A DNA stretch of 24,000 nt from Methanolobus zinderi. Its GTDB lineage: Archaea > Halobacteriota > Methanosarcinia > Methanosarcinales > Methanosarcinaceae. The notes below the pieces were generated by a model that did no database searches, was not told the origin of the DNA, and was given only the letters and a program-made list of their open reading frames with translations. The stretch covers positions 2,137,332 to 2,161,331 of the forward strand of contig NZ_CP058215.1 in the NCBI RefSeq assembly GCF_013388255.1. The letters are read 5' to 3'. Position 1 is the first letter of the stretch. Each line of letters starts with the position of its first letter. Below, piece after piece: positions 17,985-24,000 of this stretch. A program made the translations under genes and the position numbers.

Positions 17985-18680
17985 TCATGATACCGAAGCT
18001 ATCTCTACAACGAGCCCGACCTTTGGTTCTATCCTGAAACCTATCATCTGACCCACCGGACCCTTGGCCCCGGTGAATTTGTTGACCACAATCGTACGCT
18101 TTACCTCACTTCCCAGAGGCCTTGATTTGAGAGTTATGTAGACGTCACAGGACGACCTGAACATTGCAGCGATATCCTCACTGAGCTGATTTGGCTCGAT
18201 CGTGAGTATGATGACCTTTCCCATACCATTGAGCTTTTTAAAAAAGGATATCAGGTCAAGGCTTTTTTCGGTATTTGCACTGTATTTTATCAAAGATGAG
18301 ATCGTGTCTATAACTATCACGTTCTTCTCGAAGAGCTCTTCAGCAGCCATTAATCTCTCAAGGAAATCAAAACGTGATTTTGCAGCCTGTACAAGGGGAA
18401 TTACCGGAATGTACAGCAGGTTACCGTTCAGAAGGAAAGGCGCTATCGGATAGTCCATGGAATACATCTGGTTTATGAAACCCTTTGTTGTCAGTTGAGT
18501 GGAGACAAAGGTAACACTCACTTCATTCTCATTCAGACCATATGCCAGCCGCTGGGTGATCGAACTCTTGCCACCGCCGCTCCCTCCTTCTATCACCACA
18601 AGGGAGCCTGCCGGGAATCCTCCACCAAGCTTATCGTTGAGCTCGTCTCTTGCTACTTGAAAAGAATAGATCTTTGCCAT
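17985..18680 (-). CDS. arlH: Archaellum KaiC/RecA-like ATP-binding protein ArlH (FlaH)
   Basis: Walker A 'GGSGGGKS' and Walker B-like strand 'NVIVIDTISSL'. The protein is 231 aa and lies between arlG and arlI. A GGAGG element precedes the ATG. Confidence 0.9.
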   Translation of the reverse strand: MAKIYSFQVARDELNDKLGGGFPAGSLVVIEGGSGGGKSSITQRLAYGLNENEVSVTFVSTQLTTKGFINQMYSMDYPIAPFLLNGNLLYIPVIPLVQAAKSRFDFLERLMAAEELFEKNVIVIDTISSLIKYSANTEKSLDLISFFKKLNGMGKVIILTIEPNQLSEDIAAMFRSSCDVYITLKSRPLGSEVKRTIVVNKFTGAKGPVGQMIGFRIEPKVGLVVEIASVS

Positions 18681-18689
18681 TTTCCTCCA

Positions 18690-19196
18690 TTAAGTTATAA
18701 AGCTCATACCACCGGATTTTCCGTTCTCGGCTGCAACAAGTATGCGATGGTCACCCTCGTTCAGGGGAGAAGGATCTGTTATGACATTGATGATAAGAAC
18801 ATCTCCTGGACGCCATATGACATCACCATCGGGAAGATCCATATCGACATTTGCTGACTCTATCATGACACCATCTACCATGACCGTTACAAATTCGGGT
18901 ACAAGTTCGGTCTTGCCTGTGTTCTTTGCATAGAAGGTATAGTAATTCCCGGTGGAGTCATAGGGAATGACATAGGGGTCATTGACAATGGTTATGTCTG
19001 TTCTCATCTGATCGGAGAGCAACTTACTGCTAACAGAGGATGAGGCTACCATAGACTGGATATCGGCTGAGAGTACGGTAACGACTCCCATTGCGATAAT
19101 AATGGCTGCAATAAAGAATATCATATGAGTTACAGCCGTCTCTGCCTTCTCAGCTTTGAAAAGCGAATGCCTTACATCCTGGTGTTCATCCCTCAT
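18690..19196 (-). CDS. arlG: Archaellum protein ArlG (FlaG)
   Basis: A 168-aa protein with a single N-terminal hydrophobic helix 'MIFFIAAIIIAMGVVTVL' followed by a beta-rich domain. It sits immediately upstream of arlH, as in euryarchaeal operons. Confidence 0.75.
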   Translation of the reverse strand: MRDEHQDVRHSLFKAEKAETAVTHMIFFIAAIIIAMGVVTVLSADIQSMVASSSVSSKLLSDQMRTDITIVNDPYVIPYDSTGNYYTFYAKNTGKTELVPEFVTVMVDGVMIESANVDMDLPDGDVIWRPGDVLIINVITDPSPLNEGDHRILVAAENGKSGGMSFIT

Positions 19197-19229
19197 ACTT
19201 TGCTACCGTCTGCTAAGGTATTTGATGAT

Positions 19230-19277
19230 ATTCGATAATATAATCGAATTTATTATATATTGACAATGGTATATAAA
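19230..19277 (-). promoter_or_regulatory. Candidate internal promoter plus operator in the arlF-arlG spacer
   Basis: The minus strand reads TTTATATA (complement of 19270-19277). About 25 nt downstream lies a perfect 7-bp inverted repeat ATTCGAT-aatata-ATCGAAT (19230-19249). This is the only long spacer (105 nt) in the operon. Confidence 0.35.
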
Positions 19278-19301
19278 TTTGATACCAGACAGTTACCGGT
19301 T

Positions 19302-19733
19302 TCAAACAATATAGGTAGAATAATCGGCGACACCATTCTCAGTCACAACTTTCACCCGGTGGCTTCCTGTGCCCTCAAGGCCGGAAACCGTAAGGTTGCG
19401 GGTTTCCTCCGGGACCCATGTCACAGTGGTGTCGGAAAAGGCATAGTCCTCGATACTTCCGTCGATCAGGATGTTTAGCCTATCAAAGCTTAAGGTTTCA
19501 CTTCCGGTGTTTGTCATGGTTACCGTAAGGTCATAGGTCCCATTGAAAACACCCGCAATGGCATTATCGATCTCAATATCAGTGTTCAGACTTTTGCTCT
19601 GCATCTCGTGTTGCTGGGCAGATGCATCTGCTTCTATCTCAGCAGATGTTGTCAGGGTCGTATAGGACAGAGTCCCGAGAATGACCGCGGAGATAAAAAG
19701 GATAACAACGACCACAGAAACCTCAAATCCCAT
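19302..19733 (-). CDS. arlF: Archaellum protein ArlF (FlaF)
   Basis: A 143-aa protein starting 'MGFEVSVVVVILFISAVILG' (an N-terminal TM helix typical of FlaF), followed by a beta-sandwich-like domain. It overlaps the upstream arlCE gene by 11 nt. Confidence 0.75.
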   Translation of the reverse strand: MGFEVSVVVVILFISAVILGTLSYTTLTTSAEIEADASAQQHEMQSKSLNTDIEIDNAIAGVFNGTYDLTVTMTNTGSETLSFDRLNILIDGSIEDYAFSDTTVTWVPEETRNLTVSGLEGTGSHRVKVVTENGVADYSTYIV

Positions 19734-21027
19734 AAAGTTCCTCCAGTCCGTGCTTCACCTTTGACATTTCCCGGTCCAGGGAGCTTAGCATGTTACGGTC
19801 GATCTTGCGTCCGCACAGGCGTTCGACAAACAGCAGGGACTTGGTGTGATCCTCAGGAAGCAGGCGCCATGTAGGTTTTTCCACATAATAGTCGATCCCA
19901 CGGGCATAGGCCATTACCTCGGATCTCACATCCTCGCTGATCCAGCCGATATCCACATAATAATCCAGTGCATCCATAAGATTATTCCTGCCCACACGCT
20001 CCATCAGGAATTCTATCCAGTTGAGCAGTACGACAACGCTTGTGGGGTCGGTCCTTATGTTCTCAAGGCGCACCATGGGAACAAGGTCCTTTTTGACCTT
20101 CCGGGCATCTTCATCGCCCTCATTGTCAGTAAGATCCTCAACAATCTCATCCCCGGCACCAGATACCGATTGCGGAGTCACGGGGACACCCTGCCTTTCG
20201 ATCTCATCAACCCTTAAGGAAATACTGCTTGTGGTTTCCGCAAGTTCCAGTATATTCTGATCAATGAGTTCGTTCTTGTTCGAGAGTTCCTCTGTTTTTG
20301 CGGTGAGACCCTCTATGCTCTCATGCAGCATGGCCATGGCATCGGCGAAGGCTGTGAGTTTGGATTCCACATCCTGCATCTTGGAATCGAGTTCCTGCGA
20401 GATACCCGGCATGTTCAATTTATGGTCAATTGCATCCATATCGTTCTTGAAGACTACCAGCAGATCACCAATCTCAGTGATCCTGTTCTCCACTTTCTCG
20501 AACCTCTCTATCGTGGCTCTGGAAGCCACATCGTCACCCACGAAGGGATTCACCTGATTGGACACGATCTCATAGAGAGAAAGTAACTCGAGTACACTCT
20601 GATCGATCTTGTCCACGGTCTTTTTGATCTCTTCGTTCTCACGCTGCACCATGCTAAGTGTTACGTCAGCTTTGGAAACCTTCGATTCGACCTCTTTGAT
20701 CCTCTTGGCGTTGAGTTCGATGGCCTCCTTGTTCTCAGAAGAGCCTGACTGACCGGAACCACCCGGACCTCCCATACCGGGCGGAGCACCACCCGGAGGA
20801 GCTGCACCTGGTGGTGCCATGCCTGGCGGACCTGAGGGAGCGTTTGCACCCGGCGGGCCCCCGGGAGGCATACCTGAACCCAGGTCCGGAACCGAACCCA
20901 GATCAGGAACACTATCCATAAAAGGGGGTTCGTTGGAGGCAAAGGGAGAACTACTCCCCTTCTTCTTTCCTTTTTTAGCAAGGATGCCTGAAGTTGCCTT
21001 TTTTATCTTATCAGTCAAGCCGGACAT
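19723..21027 (-). CDS. arlCE: Archaellum accessory protein ArlCE-type fusion (FlaC domain plus FlaD/E domain) with a Pro/Gly-rich N-terminal extension
   Basis: The coiled-coil segment ends in 'LLSLYEIVSNQVNPF', the FlaC_arch signature. The C-terminal 'LLNWIEFLMERVGRNNLMDALDYYVDIGWISEDV' is the FlaD/E domain signature. Confidence 0.85.
   Translation of the reverse strand: MSGLTDKIKKATSGILAKKGKKKGSSSPFASNEPPFMDSVPDLGSVPDLGSGMPPGGPPGANAPSGPPGMAPPGAAPPGGAPPGMGGPGGSGQSGSSENKEAIELNAKRIKEVESKVSKADVTLSMVQRENEEIKKTVDKIDQSVLELLSLYEIVSNQVNPFVGDDVASRATIERFEKVENRITEIGDLLVVFKNDMDAIDHKLNMPGISQELDSKMQDVESKLTAFADAMAMLHESIEGLTAKTEELSNKNELIDQNILELAETTSSISLRVDEIERQGVPVTPQSVSGAGDEIVEDLTDNEGDEDARKVKKDLVPMVRLENIRTDPTSVVVLLNWIEFLMERVGRNNLMDALDYYVDIGWISEDVRSEVMAYARGIDYYVEKPTWRLLPEDHTKSLLFVERLCGRKIDRNMLSSLDREMSKVKHGLEELYGI
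20737..20916 (-). repeat. Low-complexity coding tract: tandem SVPDLG x2 followed by PPG-type Pro/Gly repeats
   Basis: Residues 38-97 of ArlCE read DSVPDLGSVPDLGSGMPPGGPPGANAPSGPPGMAPPGAAPPGGAPPGMGGPGGSGQSGSS. The SVPDLG duplication is encoded at 20878-20913. Confidence 0.85.
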
Positions 21028-21053
21028 GGTTTCTCATAAAAGATAGCTATTGT

Positions 21054-21106
21054 TAGATATATCTATAGATACTACAATATACGTACAATATTATATAAAA
21101 ATATTG
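21054..21106. promoter_or_regulatory. Divergent promoter/operator region between arlCE (-) and the methyltransferase gene (+)
   Basis: TAGATA-TATCTA-TAGATA overlapping palindromes lie at 21054-21071. A direct repeat TACAATAT-acg-TACAATAT lies at 21073-21091. The TATA element TTATATAAAA is flanked by the perfect inverted repeat CAATATT/AATATTG (21086-21106). Confidence 0.45.
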
Positions 21107-21182
21107 AATGAAAATGTTGGACCGAATAAGCAGGCGAAGGTGGATTTAAATCATTTGACATACCTTTGCTTCAAAGATAAGA

Positions 21183-22202
21183 GTGACACGTAAGAAGAAA
21201 TTCGAACACAGGTTATTTTCCGACAAAGACGGAAAACGATTCGCAACTCCTGAAAATGTTGCAAAATACAGGGCCAAACGCCTAAAATGCAACACCATCG
21301 CAGACATCAGTTGCGGGATCGGCGGGCAGACGATCTATTTTGCAGAAGAATGCGAGAAGGTCTTTGCAATAGAGATAGACCCTAAAAAGATAGAGTATGC
21401 CAGGAAAAACTGCAGGCAACTTGGTATCGATAATGTCGAATTCATCTGCGCCGATGCACTTTCCCCTGAAGCTATAGAAAATTTACCTAGGCTTGATGTT
21501 GTTTTCTCGGACCCTGCAAGACCACCAAGTGAAAAAAGGCGTGATATCAATAGTTTACAGCCTTCGATTCCCGAAGTAATGGATGCCTACAGGGATAAGA
21601 CATCGAACTTTGTCTTCGAGGCCCCACCTCAGCTTACACCAGGGAGGATTCCCTTTGACTGTGAGAAAGAATACCTATCCCTGGATGGCAAGATGAACCG
21701 TCTGGACCTCTATTTCGGGGAACTGAAAAAATGTGAGATATCAGCCATAGCACTTCCTTCCGGAGCCAGGATCGAATCGGACGCTACTAACAGCCCGGAT
21801 ATTCAGGTGGTCAGTAAGCCGGCACTGTATGCCTATGAGCCGGAGGAATCGGTTGAAAGGGCAGGACTTCTTGCAGAGCTTGCCGGAGAAGTAAAAACAC
21901 AGGCAAAGGATATCGGTGTTTTCCCGATTGATAAAAAGCGTATTTTCCTGACATCAATGGAAGATATAGATCATCGATTGTTCAAGAACAGATACAAAGT
22001 GCTCAACACTCCGGCGTTTGACATAGGCCGAATCAACAAATATCTTAAGGAGAACGGTTTCGGGACCGTATTGTTACGAGCTTCGGTGGATCCGAAAGAA
22101 TACTGGGATATACGTAACAGTCTGGAAAAAGGACTCAGAGGAGACAGAAAAGCACATCTTTTCCTCAAAGGACAAAATGCCATATTATGTGAGACACTGT
22201 AA
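21183..22202 (+). CDS. Class I SAM-dependent methyltransferase (RNA-methyltransferase-like, Methyltransf_15/THUMP-like-associated type)
   Basis: 'IADISCGIGGQTIYFA' is SAM motif I, 'VFAIEIDP' is motif II, and 'VFSDPARP' is a catalytic DPxR-type motif. GTG start. The substrate cannot be inferred. Confidence 0.7.
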   Translation: MTRKKKFEHRLFSDKDGKRFATPENVAKYRAKRLKCNTIADISCGIGGQTIYFAEECEKVFAIEIDPKKIEYARKNCRQLGIDNVEFICADALSPEAIENLPRLDVVFSDPARPPSEKRRDINSLQPSIPEVMDAYRDKTSNFVFEAPPQLTPGRIPFDCEKEYLSLDGKMNRLDLYFGELKKCEISAIALPSGARIESDATNSPDIQVVSKPALYAYEPEESVERAGLLAELAGEVKTQAKDIGVFPIDKKRIFLTSMEDIDHRLFKNRYKVLNTPAFDIGRINKYLKENGFGTVLLRASVDPKEYWDIRNSLEKGLRGDRKAHLFLKGQNAILCETL

Positions 22203-22204
22203 AC

Positions 22205-22579
22205 TTACTGACCATCCATTTCAAGCAGAGATCTGGTCCTCTTTATCAGTTCCTTTCTGCTGAATGGTTTTGTGATGTAGTCGTCCGCTTTTATGACATG
22301 CAGGCCCAGCATCTTGTCGAATTCCTGGCTTTTTACGGTCAGCATGGCAACCGGGAGACCCGGATTATTCTCTTTTATCTTGTGGAATGTTTCCCATCCG
22401 TTCATGTCGGGCATCATTATATCGAGCAGTATTGCATCAGGTAGCTCTTCTTTTATGAACTCCAGGCATTCAAAACCACTGTTTGCCCCGATAACATCTA
22501 TGCCTTCAGATTCAAGAATAAGTTTCACAAGGTCTATGGTATCTGGCTCATCATCTACGACCATGACTTTGGGACACAT
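22205..22579 (-). CDS. Stand-alone response regulator receiver (REC) protein
   Basis: A 124-aa protein with the acidic pair 'VVDDE', phospho-acceptor context 'LLDIMMPDMNG', 'MLTVKS' and 'DYITKPF' (conserved Lys). Confidence 0.88.
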   Translation of the reverse strand: MCPKVMVVDDEPDTIDLVKLILESEGIDVIGANSGFECLEFIKEELPDAILLDIMMPDMNGWETFHKIKENNPGLPVAMLTVKSQEFDKMLGLHVIKADDYITKPFSRKELIKRTRSLLEMDGQ

Positions 22580-22644
22580 TTTTTATAACTCCTGAGAAAA
22601 CGATCTTTCCAGATGAGAATCTAATACACTCTTTAAATATATAT

Positions 22645-23703
22645 TTAATCCTCTTCTGTCCATCCAAGTCTTCTCATGACCATCTTAATACGGGCTTTAA
22701 CTTCCCTTTTGTCGAATGGTTTTGATATATAATCGTCAATTCCAAGTTCCATACCCTTGACCTTATCTTCGACCGCGGTCTTTGCGGAGATCATTATAAC
22801 AGGTATATCACTTGCGGTTTTACTTTCCTTAAGCTGCTCGACAACCTCATATCCGTCCATATCAGGCATCATGATATCCAGCAGTATAAGATCCGGTTTT
22901 TCCTTCAGGGCGGTTTCGATGGCCTGTTCACCGTTGTAGGCGACCAGGAACTCGTAAGGTTCGTTTATAAGCGAGAGTTTAAGAAGTTCGGGAATATCAG
23001 GTTCATCATCCACGATAAGGATCTTCAGTTTATCACTTCTGATCTTCTTTCTGGAGTATTCCAGTTTGATAGAACCCTCTTCCACGGTGTACAGAAAGTC
23101 AAAATCCTTCAGTCCGACCTGTGCATGCACCTCACCTATATTTGTGGCTTCAAGTACGACATCAAAGAATGACTTGATAAGCATTTCCGTATCAGCGGAA
23201 ACTATGTCCTTCAGGAGTATGGAAACCATACCGCCCTGCTTCTCACGTATCTTTTTCTCCACAAACTGCATGAAGTTCTCGACCACCTGCATGGTGTCTC
23301 CTGCAAGAACGTTCATATTATCGATAACAAGCAGTGATCCGGGATTTTTCTCAAAAAGGTTGGATATGTGTGACGCCATCTTTGTATAATCTGCCGCAGA
23401 GCTACAGTAAAGAGTGTTCTTCTGAGGCTCCGTACCTGGCATTTCAATGTCAATGAACCAGATACGATCCATGAATCCATCGATATCCAGACCGAAATCC
23501 CCGAATTTGTTCAGGACCTTATCCCTGGGAGAATTAAGACAGAGCCAGACCACATTCCTGTCAGCATTGTTAGTCAGTACATCATAGACATGAAAATAGA
23601 CAAGACGTTCCACAAAGCTGTCTACAGGGGCAAAGAACAGAGAGGTCTTGTTTGCCAATTCACTCCTTAAAGTGGCCAGAATTTCAGCAGTCCGATCTTC
23701 CAT
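22645..23703 (-). CDS. Fusion protein: N-terminal ArlH/KaiC-like domain lacking a Walker A P-loop, plus C-terminal receiver (REC) domain
   Basis: The REC domain (residues ~226-345, nt ~22669-23028) has DD231/232, D276 (22876-22878), S306 and K328. The N-terminal domain parallels the ArlH encoded in this window: 'NLFEKNPGSLLVIDNMNVL' vs ArlH 'ELFEKNVIVIDTISSL', and 'GGMVSILLKD...FFDVVLEA' vs 'GKVIILTIEP...SCDVYITL'. The P-loop position reads 'FFAPVDSFVERL' instead of 'GGSGGGKSSITQRL'. Confidence 0.6.
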   Translation of the reverse strand: MEDRTAEILATLRSELANKTSLFFAPVDSFVERLVYFHVYDVLTNNADRNVVWLCLNSPRDKVLNKFGDFGLDIDGFMDRIWFIDIEMPGTEPQKNTLYCSSAADYTKMASHISNLFEKNPGSLLVIDNMNVLAGDTMQVVENFMQFVEKKIREKQGGMVSILLKDIVSADTEMLIKSFFDVVLEATNIGEVHAQVGLKDFDFLYTVEEGSIKLEYSRKKIRSDKLKILIVDDEPDIPELLKLSLINEPYEFLVAYNGEQAIETALKEKPDLILLDIMMPDMDGYEVVEQLKESKTASDIPVIMISAKTAVEDKVKGMELGIDDYISKPFDKREVKARIKMVMRRLGWTEED

Positions 23704-23769
23704 TATCCCTAACCTTTATATTGTTTTATCAATATTGGTTCTATTTTCTTATTAATGTTTGGGATGTTT

Positions 23770-23780
23770 AATATAAAAAA
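23770..23780 (-). promoter_or_regulatory. TATA-like element / oligo-T between the partial upstream gene and the REC operon
   Basis: The minus strand reads gcTTTTTTATATTaa. The T6 run sits about 10 nt after the stop of the 23790.. gene. The TTTATATT element lies about 70 nt upstream of ATG 23703. Confidence 0.3.
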
Positions 23781-23789
23781 GCACAGGCT

Positions 23790-24000
23790 TTATTTGATCG
23801 GGGTGATCCGTACCTGCGGATAGCCTGAACTGAAATCCATCTGGGCCACATACAATCCTGTTTTGGGTACAATACCATACATGACAAGAGTCTTGTCAAC
23901 GTTCTCGAACTTCCAGTGGGTCGTGGCCATATGTGCCACCGAATCGGTTATCTTCTGGCCATGTTTTGTAACAGCAAGCACGACATTATCAGTAGTTTTA
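23790..24000 (-). CDS. Hypothetical protein, C-terminal fragment (5' end outside the window)
   Basis: The minus-strand frame stays open from the window edge (…KTTDNVV precedes the listed GTG at 23981) to TAA at 23790-23792. I recognised no motif. Confidence 0.4.
   Translation of the reverse strand, partial: KTTDNVVLAVTKHGQKITDSVAHMATTHWKFENVDKTLVMYGIVPKTGLYVAQMDFSSGYPQVRITPIK

Noticed and set aside
20661-21046. ORFs 20661..20981 (-) and 20819..21046 (+) with Pro/Gly/Arg-rich translations
   Set aside because: They are alternative-frame or antisense readings of the GC-rich Pro/Gly repeat tract of arlCE. They exist because low-complexity repeats lack stops in several frames.
22205-22579. Calling the 124-aa receiver protein CheY because of its proximity to the archaellum genes
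   Set aside because: No che genes (cheA/W/F/B/R) are in the window. The sequence has generic REC features (DYITKPF). Proximity alone is insufficient, so I annotated it only as a stand-alone receiver.
1-24000. A search by eye for CRISPR arrays, tRNA/rRNA genes, toxin-antitoxin pairs and known defence-system signatures
   Set aside because: I found no regularly spaced repeats, no tRNA-like T-loop/acceptor patterns in the GC-rich islands, and no nuclease/helicase/methylase combinations. The window is dominated by surface-glycan, cofactor and motility genes.

Overview
This window reads as a chromosomal segment of a methanogenic euryarchaeon, probably of the Methanosarcinales type. That placement is inferred from gene content (AglB, a HacB/AksF-type coenzyme B gene pair, a euryarchaeal archaellum operon) and mid-40s % GC in the core genes. 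No database search was run. All calls come from motifs read by eye in the supplied translations and from the DNA.

Layout:
- 1-11754 (+): a long N-glycosylation (agl) locus. It holds seven glycosyltransferase-like genes, an FkbM methyltransferase and a GDP-L-fucose synthase, and ends in the oligosaccharyltransferase AglB. The first ~4.9 kb is markedly more AT-rich than the rest.
- 11755-12191: an unusually long spacer with two GC-rich hairpin islands.
- 12192-14575 (+): a tight three-gene unit. It consists of a homoaconitase-type small subunit (YLRT loop), an uncharacterised Cys-rich 284-aa protein, and an isopropylmalate/isohomocitrate dehydrogenase.
- 14641-21027 (-): archaellum accessory/motor genes arlCE-F-G-H-I-J, with no archaellin gene in the window.
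- 21183-22202 (+): a SAM-dependent methyltransferase, divergent from the arl operon.
- 22205-23703 (-): two receiver-domain genes. One is a fusion of an ArlH/KaiC-like domain that has lost its P-loop with a canonical receiver.
- 23790-24000 (-): the 3' end of an unidentified gene.

I found no rRNA, tRNA, CRISPR array, transposase or integrase.

The most promising leads for undescribed biology:
- the P-loop-less ArlH-like/receiver fusion next to the archaellum operon;
- the Cys-rich orphan embedded between coenzyme-B-type genes;
- the in-frame TAG junction between arlI and arlJ;
- the zinc-ribbon/DUF563-like protein in the AT-rich glycan cassette.
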